Assembly (NCBI GenBank): GCA_963799775.1
Contig: CAWCYD010000003.1
Span: 1,024,001 to 1,088,000 of the forward strand
Source: an uncultured archaeon
GTDB lineage: Archaea; Thermoproteota; Nitrososphaeria; Nitrososphaerales; Gagatemarchaeaceae
Direction: 5' to 3'
Length of the DNA stretch: 64,000 nt
A program made the position numbers and the translations under genes. The notes beneath the pieces were generated by a model, which worked only from the letters and a program-made list of their open reading frames with translations, made no database searches and was not told where the DNA came from. Positions 31,253 through 40,643 of this stretch are shown one piece after another; the first letter of the stretch is position 1; the number at the start of each line of letters is the position of its first letter.

Positions 31253-33655
31253 CTATTCGTTGAGGAGGTATGCCTGGTAGTATGCGTCGCCTGGCTGGTT
31301 GTAGACGCCGGTGTACTGGTCTTGACTCGGGCCGTGGTCGGATTGTCCGTGGCCGCCCGTCGCGCTTCCGATGAAGTTGGTCACGAAGTTCTCAGGTGTG
31401 CCTGCGTTGTCGTTGTTTAGGTATGTGCTGCCCGTGGCTGCGTCGATTGGCTTTACTTCTAGGGCAGTGTAGAAGGCGCTGCTGCCGAAGGTCGAGGTGC
31501 CGAGGGTCGAGTAGACACCCGCGGCCCACTGCCACTGGAGAGTGAACGAGACCGTGGTCCCGCTAAAGACTCCCTCCCAGTCGGCCTTGGCTCCGGCGAG
31601 GCTAACGCTTGTCGGCGCCTGGTAGGCAACTCCGCCAATGAAGACATTGCCCGTGAACCCGACAGGGACTGTGGTTGTCCAGCCTGCGAACGCACAGGGC
31701 GGTGTCGAGGTCTTAGAAGCGGGTGCGCAGTAGGTCGTGGTCGCAGATTTCGCGCTCGAGCTGAAGACTACCTCGGAGTTGGGGGCTGGGATGGTCAGCG
31801 GTATGCCGTTCCCGCCTACGAGTTGCAGGTTTATCGACTGTCCCGTGAAGTAGACTGTGGTTGGTGTCGAGGACTCTCTCGTTGTGATGTCGGCGGAGGC
31901 GCTGAACCAGACGTCGCTGCCGGCGGATATCGGGCCGCCGTTGAGGTCGTTCTCGGTCGCGCAGACGTCCGGGTTGGTGTCGACGTCCGTGCAGGTCGAT
32001 GTCGTGCTCAGGTCAGGAGTGCCTGCTGCCCCCTTGGGGTCGAAGTTTCGGCCAAAGTCGTTGCCCTGAACGACCTCGCCTGTGGCTGGATTCATCAGGA
32101 CCCTGCCGTCGTTGTCCTGAGGGTGAGAGAAGTCGAACATGTTCGTGATGCTCCCTGCGAGGTGGTCGTAGGAGGCGGGGCCGAGATTACCGAGGTTCCA
32201 GTTGTACTCGATGAAGCTGACTATGGCGGTCTGGCTGGCGAGTGTGTTGTCCACATAGTTGGACTTGGCGTATGGGGATACGACGAGGATTGGGATCCTT
32301 GGGCCGTAGCCGCACCTGTTGTCGACTCCCAGCGGCGAGGTTCCTGCGCCGCAGACGCCCGCTCCGTTGAGTACGTCGTTGGGGCCGCTCGAGGGGCTCA
32401 CGATCGGTGGCATGACGCTGTCGTACCATCCGTCAGAGTCGTCCCAGTTGATGATCACCGCGGTGCTGCTCCATGACGGAAGGCTCATGAGCTGGTTGAT
32501 TGTGTTCACCAACCAAGTCTGTTCGTCGAGTGGGTCGGAGTTGCCTGGATGGCCATCCTGGAATCTTGGAGCTTTCAGGTAGCTGACGGCCGGCAGGTTG
32601 CCCGAGTCGGCGGCTGTCCAGAAGGATGAGAGGTCGTATTGGTGGTTCGCCTGATCGGTGTAGCCAATCATGGAGGCCGAGCTCGGAGGCAGGTGATGTG
32701 GGTTGGAGGTCGAGGCGAAGTACTGGAATGGTTCGTGGTGTGGGCTGTACGCGCCTTCTATGGTCCCTCCCACTTGTGCCTCGGAGGAGCCGCAGACGGC
32801 CGCTCCGCTGGAGGTGTAACTCGTGGGGGTGAATCCGCCTTCGAACCAGCCCCAGGTCACGCCAGCGCTGTTGAGAAGGTTGCCTACGTTCTGGGGCGCT
32901 CCCGCTCCTGTCGTCATGCCGAGGGTCGTCGTGGAGCCGTCGCTAGTGTAGGAGCAGTCGTCGTAGACGGGGTCGCCGTCGCCGATGATCTGTCCGTTCG
33001 CGAGTGTCCCTGGGACGTTGGAGGCGGTCGTCGTCGTGCCCTCGGGCCCGAGATAGGCTAGCGCCGGGCCTCCTAGTCCAGAGACTACGTTGAGCGCGCC
33101 TGGCGTCGATGGGCCGAAGGTGGTCCCGAATGCGTTGTCGTTGAGAGCGAAGTTCTGGGCGTAGTTCCAGACTGCTGTGACCGTGTTGCCGTCGTAGTAG
33201 TCCATCACTATGCCACCAGAGCAGCTCGTCTGCTCTGGGAACATGTTCATGAGGCCCCCGTTCATTGCTGCCTGCTCTGCCGTGTAGTCGTGGTCGTTGT
33301 CGCAGGTAACAGGCTGGGTCCTGTCGAGACGCGCCGGGTTGTCGGATGGGTTCCCGGTCACGAGCTCGTTGGGGTTGCTCGTCAACATCGGCCCTGTGAG
33401 CCCGTCAGCGGTCGAGGTGTCCGGGGCTGCGTTGAACTGAGGTTCGTTAGGCAGGTTAGCTGCGTTGGGGTAGGTCGCGAAGTAGTGGTCGGTTGAGACG
33501 TTTTCCTGGAAGATGACGACGACGTGCTTTATCGGCGTCGCCGTGTTCGATCCAGGAGGTGCTGGAGGTACTGCATTGGCGGCGATGTTGGCTGTCAACA
33601 TCACCGCTAACATTAACAGAGGAATAGCGATTGATAGTTTCGTCCTTGTTTTCAT
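31253..33655 (-). CDS. Secreted phosphoesterase (acid phosphatase AcpA/phospholipase C family) with extra C-terminal domain
   Basis: Signal peptide, IKHVVVIFQEN, GPSTPG, HHEPFQY, DGHPG, WDDSDGWYD, GYGPRIP. Confidence 0.9.
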   Translation of the reverse strand: MKTRTKLSIAIPLLMLAVMLTANIAANAVPPAPPGSNTATPIKHVVVIFQENVSTDHYFATYPNAANLPNEPQFNAAPDTSTADGLTGPMLTSNPNELVTGNPSDNPARLDRTQPVTCDNDHDYTAEQAAMNGGLMNMFPEQTSCSGGIVMDYYDGNTVTAVWNYAQNFALNDNAFGTTFGPSTPGALNVVSGLGGPALAYLGPEGTTTTASNVPGTLANGQIIGDGDPVYDDCSYTSDGSTTTLGMTTGAGAPQNVGNLLNSAGVTWGWFEGGFTPTSYTSSGAAVCGSSEAQVGGTIEGAYSPHHEPFQYFASTSNPHHLPPSSASMIGYTDQANHQYDLSSFWTAADSGNLPAVSYLKAPRFQDGHPGNSDPLDEQTWLVNTINQLMSLPSWSSTAVIINWDDSDGWYDSVMPPIVSPSSGPNDVLNGAGVCGAGTSPLGVDNRCGYGPRIPILVVSPYAKSNYVDNTLASQTAIVSFIEYNWNLGNLGPASYDHLAGSITNMFDFSHPQDNDGRVLMNPATGEVVQGNDFGRNFDPKGAAGTPDLSTTSTCTDVDTNPDVCATENDLNGGPISAGSDVWFSASADITTRESSTPTTVYFTGQSINLQLVGGNGIPLTIPAPNSEVVFSSSAKSATTTYCAPASKTSTPPCAFAGWTTTVPVGFTGNVFIGGVAYQAPTSVSLAGAKADWEGVFSGTTVSFTLQWQWAAGVYSTLGTSTFGSSAFYTALEVKPIDAATGSTYLNNDNAGTPENFVTNFIGSATGGHGQSDHGPSQDQYTGVYNQPGDAYYQAYLLNE

Positions 33656-33843
33656 GAGCGGTTAGGGGCTGGGAAAATTATTTCTTCGTTGTCGATGGAC
33701 AACGCGTCGACACCATCAAATTTGGGTCTCCACGTGGCCTCACGGAGCCTGTAATACGGCCATAGAGCCCCAATAGAGTCGTTCGCAGAGCTTCAAAAGT
33801 CTAATCTACTCTCACGATGGCGTAGCTTCTTCACGATTACGTC

Positions 33844-34836
33844 ATGCCAGCGAAGCAGAACGTCCTAGTGACCGGACTGCCGGTCAAGGGACACTTGAAG
33901 AAAGTCCTGAGGTACGCGAACGTCTTTTGGCTCTCTGGCATCGGCGAAGGAGAGCTGGACAGGCTCCTGCCGACGATCGACTGCATCCTCGTCCAGACTT
34001 GGTGGCCAGACTCCCTCACTCCAGAGAGGGTAGCCCGGATGAGGCGTCTCCGATTCGTCCAGTCTGGGATGGCGGGCGTCAACCACATTCCGTTCCACAG
34101 CTTGGGGAGGGATGTCGTCGTGAGCAGCAACGCTGGAGGGTTCTCGACCGGCGTTGCGGAGTTCGCGCTCGCGTTGATGCTCGCATCGGCAAAGAAGGTG
34201 GTAATGCTCGACCACTCGCTCAGGACTGGGGAGTTCGACAAGGCCCGCGTGGGAGAGCTGTTCCGGCTGGTCTCCCCCATGAAGGGGATGAGCCTGGGCA
34301 TCCTCGGGTATGGAGGGATAGGGAAGGCGGTGGGCTCGATGGGGCGGAACCTGGGGATGAGGGTCATCGCCTTCTCCAGGCGACCGGAGACGCGCCAAGG
34401 AGTCTCGGTCTACTCAGGCAGCAAAGGCCTGTCGAGGGTGCTGAGCCAGTGCGACTTCGCGGTAATCGCCCTCCCGCTCTCGAAGCTGACCACGGGCCTC
34501 ATCGGGGCGAAGGAGTTGGCGAAGATGAAAAGCGATGCTACGCTCGTGAACGTCGCTCGGGCAGAGATAGTCGACGAGGCGGCCATGTATCGGCACCTCG
34601 TTAGAAACCCACGATTCACCTATGCGACCGACGTGTGGCGGATAGAGGGCGGGAAGGAGACGTACTCCTCTAGGTTTCCATTCTTGAAACTCCCGAATTT
34701 CATCGGGACCCCTCATGTTGCGGGAGGGAGCGCGGCCGTCACAGGCGCGCCAGGGGCGGCCGCTGTCGAGAACCTCTTGCGCTACCTAAAGGAAAGTCAG
34801 CCCCTGAACGTGGTCGACCCGTCTGAGTATGCGTGA
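33844..34836 (+). CDS. D-isomer-specific 2-hydroxyacid dehydrogenase
   Basis: GYGGIG, LVNVAR, DVW, TPHVAG. Confidence 0.9.
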   Translation: MPAKQNVLVTGLPVKGHLKKVLRYANVFWLSGIGEGELDRLLPTIDCILVQTWWPDSLTPERVARMRRLRFVQSGMAGVNHIPFHSLGRDVVVSSNAGGFSTGVAEFALALMLASAKKVVMLDHSLRTGEFDKARVGELFRLVSPMKGMSLGILGYGGIGKAVGSMGRNLGMRVIAFSRRPETRQGVSVYSGSKGLSRVLSQCDFAVIALPLSKLTTGLIGAKELAKMKSDATLVNVARAEIVDEAAMYRHLVRNPRFTYATDVWRIEGGKETYSSRFPFLKLPNFIGTPHVAGGSAAVTGAPGAAAVENLLRYLKESQPLNVVDPSEYA

Positions 34837-34839
34837 TGC

Positions 34840-35604
34840 TCAGGCGACGACTCCGGCTTGCTCCTTGAGCCAGCCGTAGCCCTTCTCTTCGAGCTTGAGC
34901 GAGAGCTCCTGCCCGCCGGACGCTGTTATCCTGCCCTCGTACATCACGTGGACGAATGTCGGCATGATGTACTTCAGGATCCTCTGGTAGTGGGTGATCA
35001 CGAGGATGCCCAAGTCGTTGCTCGCGATCTTGCTTACGCCTTCCGCGACGACCCGGAGCGCGTCTATGTCCAGGCCCGAGTCGGTCTCGTCGAGCACCGC
35101 GAACTTCGGCTTCAGCATCGCCAGCTGCAAGATTTCAGCGCGCTTCTTCTCTCCGCCGGAGAACCCCTCGTTGAGGTAGCGGTTCATGAACGACTCGTCC
35201 ATCCCCAGGAGCTTCATCCTCTCAGCCAGGGTCTCCTTGAACTCGAAGATGGTCGGCGCCTGGTTCTTCTCGTCGGAGTGGACCGCGTTGTACGCGGCAC
35301 GCAAGAAGGAGAACATCGTCACGCCTGGGACGGCCACCGGGTATTGGAACGCGAGGAAGAGGCCCATCTTGGCCCTCTTGTCGGGAGTGAGGTCGACAAG
35401 GCTCTTACCGTCGATCAGGATGTCCCCTTGGGTCACCTTGTACTTGGGATGCCCGAGCATGGTGTTCGCGAGCGTGCTCTTGCCGGAGCCGTTCGGCCCC
35501 ATCAGGGCGTGAATCTCGCCCTGGTTGATAGTGAGGTTAACTCCCTTTAGAATCTCGGTCCCCTCCACTGTGGCGTGAAGGTCTCGAATCTCCAGCTTCG
35601 CCAT
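34840..35604 (-). CDS. sufC: SufC ATPase
   Basis: GPNGSGKST, LAFQYP, FSGGEKKR, LDETDSGLD, ITHY. Confidence 0.96.
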   Translation of the reverse strand: MAKLEIRDLHATVEGTEILKGVNLTINQGEIHALMGPNGSGKSTLANTMLGHPKYKVTQGDILIDGKSLVDLTPDKRAKMGLFLAFQYPVAVPGVTMFSFLRAAYNAVHSDEKNQAPTIFEFKETLAERMKLLGMDESFMNRYLNEGFSGGEKKRAEILQLAMLKPKFAVLDETDSGLDIDALRVVAEGVSKIASNDLGILVITHYQRILKYIMPTFVHVMYEGRITASGGQELSLKLEEKGYGWLKEQAGVVA

Positions 35605-35633
35605 CGCTAAGACTGGACCGGCGAACGGGTTTC

Positions 35634-35662
35634 GTTATATAAATCTATAACCTAAGTTATAG
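35634..35662 (-). promoter_or_regulatory. sufC TATA box plus perfect palindrome CTATAAC-N4-GTTATAG
   Basis: TTTATATAAC on the minus strand at 35634-35643; 7-4-7 inverted repeat at 35645-35662. Confidence 0.6.
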
Positions 35663-35762
35663 CCCGAAAAGATGAGTTATCGAATATAGATGGCGAGCCA
35701 CGAGTCCTTACGGAATAATTTAGCATGCCTTCCTAAATAACACCCAAGCGACAGCGGACCTA

Positions 35763-36122
35763 ATGACCGGCCAATACAAGGCGCCCGACATCCCGAAGGA
35801 CAAGGTCACGCCGACGCTCGTGAGGGACGAGCTCCTGAAGTGCTTCGAGAGCGCGAACAAGGAGTTCATGGACGTTCTTAACCAGCCGACGAACGACGCG
35901 CAGCTGAAGGCCCAGGTGAGGCAGTTCGTGACCGGGTCCTTCCAGAGCTGCGGGGCGAGCTTCGACCAGCCGACCAAGGATGGCATCGTCACGGCAATCG
36001 GCCAGTGCAAGGCCAACGCAGAGGCAATGATGGGTCAGAAGGGGGCGAGCATAATCCAGCACCACTACAACGAGATGATGAAGCTCGTTAACAAGCTCCC
36101 CGAGGCCAAGTCGCGCAGCTGA
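35763..36122 (+). CDS. Hypothetical helical protein (3 Cys, HH)
   Basis: 119-aa ORF, TAAATA about 25 nt upstream, strong codon bias. Confidence 0.75.
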   Translation: MTGQYKAPDIPKDKVTPTLVRDELLKCFESANKEFMDVLNQPTNDAQLKAQVRQFVTGSFQSCGASFDQPTKDGIVTAIGQCKANAEAMMGQKGASIIQHHYNEMMKLVNKLPEAKSRS

Positions 36123-36196
36123 ATGGTCGGACCGCCTCCGGCCAAGAACCCTTATTATTCGACAGAAGTCGTTGAGGTCGTGCAAAGAGGCGGTTC

Positions 36197-37616
36197 CTGA
36201 GCACGTCATCACCACAGACTAGCGGTAGTGGTGGGCCAGCCGTCACGAAAGCGGGCGCCAAGATAGCCGCACCCAGGCGTCCGCGCAGGCCCCCTAGCGT
36301 TCTCAAGATCTTCGGCCCCGTCGGAGCGATGGCCATCCTGACGTACATGGCAGAGTACGCGTCCTTCCAGGTTCTGCTCGTGTTCATCTCCAACAAGTTC
36401 ACCGTGACCTTCGCGTTGGGAAACTTCGGCTACTTCTTCGTAGGTTTGGTCTCGAGCGGCTTCCTAGTGGTGTCAGGGGTGGTCGCTATCGCGATGGGCC
36501 ACCTTAGCGACAAATACGGAAGGAGAAAGATAACCATCCTGGGCTGCCTGTTAGGGGCCGTCGCGCTCATCTCGTTGATTCTAGGAAGCGCGGCGACCCA
36601 ACTCGCGCCATTCGCACTAGCGACTGCAATATCGCTCATCGCCCTAGGGCTCGCGCACGGGACGTACACGTCGAGCACCCTGGCATACGGAAGGGCACTT
36701 TGCCGAGCGGCACAAGATGATGGGTAAGGCCTACGGGATCGTCGACGGCGCGGAGTTCGCAGGGTTTGCATTTGGCCCCGCCCTTGGATCAACGGTCGAG
36801 TTCCTCACGAAGAGCAGCACCAACGTGTTCGAGCTCTCGGCGTTAATGATGCTGATTGCCGCCGTTGTGGCGGTGATGGCCATGCCTGAGATAAGGGAGA
36901 GACACTCTAAGTCCAGCCAGGTCGGCCCGCCCGTCCCCGGCGAGGCCGTGGTGGAGAAGGAGATAGAGACGGTGCACGACGTTCCATTGGAAGAGCACGG
37001 GCACAACCACAGCGCGAGCTGGGGGGACTTCATCAACGCCTTCAGGATCCCCATCGTCGGTGTGGCGCTGCTCACAACTCTCGTCGGGGCGGTCGGCTTC
37101 GCGGGCTTCTTCTACTACGTGCCTCTGTACGCTCATTCTCTCGACATCCAGGTGCCCATATTCAGCTGGTTATGGGGCTACTTCGCCTCGATAATGGCGG
37201 TGACCGGCGTGCTCTTCATGGTGCCCTTCGGTCACTACGAGGACAAGACAACAGTCCGCATGCCCTACCTAGTCGCCGGCCTCATAGGAGCCGCTGGGGC
37301 GCTTGCGCTTGTATTCTTCACTGCCAGCGTGGCGACCTTCCTCGTAGCAGCGGTTGCCTTTGGGTTGGCCATCGGCATGGTGAGGGTCAGCCAGCTCGTC
37401 ATCCTGGCGGAGGCGAGTCACGTCTCGAATCGCGCAACGATAATGGGTACGAACCATGCGATGGAACATGTCGGCTATGGCGTGGCTTCCCTTGTGACGG
37501 GGTCGCTGATAGCCTTCTTGGGAGGCTTCGCTCCGGCGTTTCGCGTACTCGCTGTCATCTTGATAATCTCAGGCGTCCTTTTCCTGCTCTACGCCCGCAG
37601 GGCCAAAGTCAAGTGA
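36197..37616 (+). CDS. MFS transporter, frameshift near 36700, probable CTG start
   Basis: GHLSDKYGRRK motif A; joined ORFs give about 12 TM. Confidence 0.82.
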
Positions 37617-37623
37617 AGAGCTC

Positions 37624-38100
37624 TCAGACGCAGAACTTCGAGATTTTTCCCGCGAGGGCCTCGAGAAACTCTCTGTCGACAGAAGAGTAAGCGTTCAGGA
37701 TGTCGCCGTCGATGTCGATCTCCGCGACGACCTTGCCATCGTGAAGGACCGGGACGACGATCTCAGACTTTGTGTTGGCGAAGCACTGGAGGTAGCGGGG
37801 GTCCTTGGAGACGTCGGAGACTATCTCGGTCCGTCCAGACTTGGCTGCGAACCCACAGATACCCTTGCCGGCAGCGATTGTCGTGTGAGTCGTCGGGGCA
37901 GGTCCGTTCCAAGCGTCTAGCCTGAGCTCACCGGCCCGCAGGAGATAGAGGCCCACCCAGCTGTAGGTCGACTCGCCGGCGAGGAGCTGGACAACGCTCT
38001 TTCGCAGTGCCGCAGGGGCCTGGGCCTTGGAGACCAGAATGTCGACCTCGCTGAGGAGCTCCTTTGCCCTCTCACGGTTGAGTCTTGGTTGAGGTTTCAT
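37624..38100 (-). CDS. GAF domain protein, free methionine-R-sulfoxide reductase-like
   Basis: WVGLY, GKGICG, YLQC, SEIVVP, EIDID. Confidence 0.8.
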   Translation of the reverse strand: MKPQPRLNRERAKELLSEVDILVSKAQAPAALRKSVVQLLAGESTYSWVGLYLLRAGELRLDAWNGPAPTTHTTIAAGKGICGFAAKSGRTEIVSDVSKDPRYLQCFANTKSEIVVPVLHDGKVVAEIDIDGDILNAYSSVDREFLEALAGKISKFCV

Positions 38101-38214
38101 CGAGCTACACTGTTTTCTGGCAGAGGGGGTTACGAGGTTGCGAGAGGGCTAGTCTGGCGTCCATCTCGCTTTCGATTCTCCGAGGCGATTCTCGTGACTT
38201 AAGGCCTTTGAGCA

Positions 38215-38484
38215 TCATGGTAGCGCCTCTCCCTGCTCGCCGGTCTCGGGCTTGCCCCATCGTCCCACCTTTGGCAGGTTCTTTTCCCTGAAGAGATGCA
38301 GCCCTCTTTGATATCGCTCGAGCTCCACTTCGACGAAACCTATCTCGGAGACCAGGGCGTCGATCTTCTTCTTGTGGTCGCCCTTCGCTGCCCTGAGCGT
38401 CTCGAGCTGCTGCCTCTTCCCGCTGAGCATCTCCGAGAGGAGCTGCTCGTATTCGGTCACCAAGCTAGCGTCGCCTCGCCGCAT
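38215..38484 (-). CDS. Hypothetical coiled-coil protein
   Basis: 89-aa charged helical ORF with typical codon use. Confidence 0.6.
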   Translation of the reverse strand: MRRGDASLVTEYEQLLSEMLSGKRQQLETLRAAKGDHKKKIDALVSEIGFVEVELERYQRGLHLFREKNLPKVGRWGKPETGEQGEALP

Positions 38485-38650
38485 TCAAAATCTGTGGCAA
38501 CCTCCCACGAACAGAAAACTGTGGGTTTTCAGCGCCTGTTTCAGCGCGTTTAGTTCCTGCCTCATCGATAGAGCTTGCCCCTACAGTGACCTGTAAGGGT
38601 AGAGGCATATCTCCTCAGGCTTGAGTTGGGGCGTGCCCCGCCCTACCTTT
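38475..38650 (-). ncRNA. Predicted omega/reRNA (scaffold plus flank-derived guide)
   Basis: Overlaps the tnpB 3' end and IS right end, as in characterised TnpB systems; boundaries are estimates. Confidence 0.5.
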
Positions 38651-39836
38651 GAGATGGTCAAGCCGGCTATGGCCAGACCGCGTCTTAGCACAACTTGCGC
38701 TGAATTCTGGTCACGCTTGATGGGATAGGCGCAATTCACGCAAGAAAACTCCCTGATCCCCAGGTCGATCTTGTTATGCGTCCCGCAGTGGTAGCACTCC
38801 TGCGTGGAGTACGCAGAGGGAACTCTCACTATTCTCGTGCCTGCCCGCGAACCTTTGCTCTCGACGAGCCTTACGAGTTGTCCCCAAGAGGCATCTCCAA
38901 TCGACTTGGCGAGCCTGTGATTCCTGACCATATTGTTGATTCTCAGGTTCATCGAATGCGATGAAATCATGGCTTTTCACTAGTCGAGCGGATAGCTTGT
39001 TGTTAAAATCAAGGCGCTGTCGCCCGACCCTAGCGTACTGCGACGCGACCCGAGTTCTTGCCTTGAATCGATTTTTCGATCCCTTCTTTTTCCTAGAAAA
39101 GACACGCTTCAGATGCTTCAAACGCCTCTCTCTCTTTCGGAGGAAGCGAGGATGCTCGATTTCCTCGCCATCAGACGTTGTAATCAACGAGAGCAGCCCG
39201 AGGTCAATGCCAATTGCCTTCACGGGCATCACTCTAGCGACTGCGCTCTGAATGGGCAAGACCTCCTCGAAGACGAGGCATGCGAACCACTTGCCATCAG
39301 CCTCTCTCACAATGGTGCATGTCTTGAATAGAGTGTCCTTTGGAAGAGGCCTATGGAAGACGGCCCTGACATTCCCTATCTTCGAGAGGAAGATTCTCTT
39401 TCTCAGGATGTCTGGTCTTACAGAGCCATTGTACGCCTGAGGGTAAGTAAATGAGCCCGCACAACCTTGCCTCTTGAATCGTGGATAATTGGCGCGGTGT
39501 GCGAAAAAAGCACTGAAAGCCTTATCGAGGCGCCTTAACACATCCTGGCAAACCTGGGAATGAAGCTCACGCAGACCTGTTTCTGAGTTACGTTCAGAAG
39601 TCAGAATTGCAGCTTGCATGTTGTAGGAGGTCGACAACCCTTGTGTCTCCCATCTCATTTTTCTGTGAGCAAGTGCATCGTTCCAGAGTCTCCTCGATGC
39701 CTCTAGAGCTTGACACATTCTCGCTTCTTGCTTTTTGGACGGATAGAGGCGAAACTGGAAGCTCTTCATCAGACTTACCAACAGTTCAACTCGTATTAAA
39801 ATCCCCATCTAGGACCGGGGTTTTGCGAGCCTTTTT
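38494..39836 (-). mobile_element. IS200/IS605-family tnpB-only (IS1341-like) element; left boundary approximate
   Basis: Lower GC; hairpins at 39798-39824 and 38504-38525; right end ...GTGGGAGGTTGCCAC; no tnpA. Confidence 0.8.
38581..39769 (-). CDS. tnpB: RNA-guided endonuclease TnpB, 1-nt insertion at 38951
   Basis: FRLYP HTH, GIDLG RuvC-I, restored FENL RuvC-II, CYHC/CVNC zinc finger, RDQNSA RuvC-III. Confidence 0.92.
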
Positions 39837-39888
39837 CCGGCTTACCGCTGGGAAATCTATAAACGCATCGACGAGGTCGGGAGGTTTC

Positions 39889-40176
39889 ATGAGGTCTAGC
39901 CTGGTCACGGCCGGTGGCCTGATCGCCCTCACTGGGGTGGCATTGTTCGTGGCCCTCGGAGGGCTCGCTTGGCTGGCCTTCATCGCCGGCGGGGTCGTGG
40001 TCTTGGCCTGCGGGTTCGTCCTAGACGAGATGACCCAGCACCTCGAAGCTCCTCCTGGTCACCACTTCTGTCCCTTCTGCTCGACGGTCGTGGCGGACGG
40101 GACCGAGAGGTGCGCGCACTGCAACGGCCTTCAGGAGCTTCAGGCTCAGACCAGGACCGCTCCCCAGTCGCAGTAG
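39889..40176 (+). CDS. 2-TM protein with C-terminal zinc ribbon
   Basis: CPFC...CAHC after two hydrophobic segments. Confidence 0.75.
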   Translation: MRSSLVTAGGLIALTGVALFVALGGLAWLAFIAGGVVVLACGFVLDEMTQHLEAPPGHHFCPFCSTVVADGTERCAHCNGLQELQAQTRTAPQSQ

Positions 40177-40199
40177 CGGAGAGGTTGGTCTGATACCCG

Positions 40200-40643
40200 A
40201 TGGAGATCGCCGAGCAAGCCTGCTTGTCGGAAGAGATCGCGTTCGCAGGTCACCATATGGTCAGCGCCCTTCACGAACGGACGATAGAGATAACGACGGA
40301 AGCTCACCTCACCCCCAGAGGAGACTGCATAGTGGGTGTGAGCGCGGAGAAGGGCCTTTCGCAGCTCTCTCCGGCGATGAAGCACGCCCTGAGATCGGAC
40401 GACGCCAAGGTGAGGCTCACGATCCTCACGCCGGGAGGCGATTTCTCGTTCGAGGCGAAGGGGAGCAAGGACCTTACCTTCGAGAGCGCGACGGACATCG
40501 TCATAAGGAAGAGCGGGTTCGTCTGCGGCAGGACGCTGGCGGTCCATGCCGACTCCTCGGCGAGAGAGATACCACGCCCGCTGGTGCGAACTTTGAAATC
40601 CCCTGACGCGATAGGCATACTCAGGATCGAGGTCCGCGCTTGA
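40200..40643 (+). CDS. DUF371 family protein
   Basis: GH..V.A.H..TIEIT, LTPRGDCI, IVIRKS, RTL. Confidence 0.85.
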   Translation: MEIAEQACLSEEIAFAGHHMVSALHERTIEITTEAHLTPRGDCIVGVSAEKGLSQLSPAMKHALRSDDAKVRLTILTPGGDFSFEAKGSKDLTFESATDIVIRKSGFVCGRTLAVHADSSAREIPRPLVRTLKSPDAIGILRIEVRA

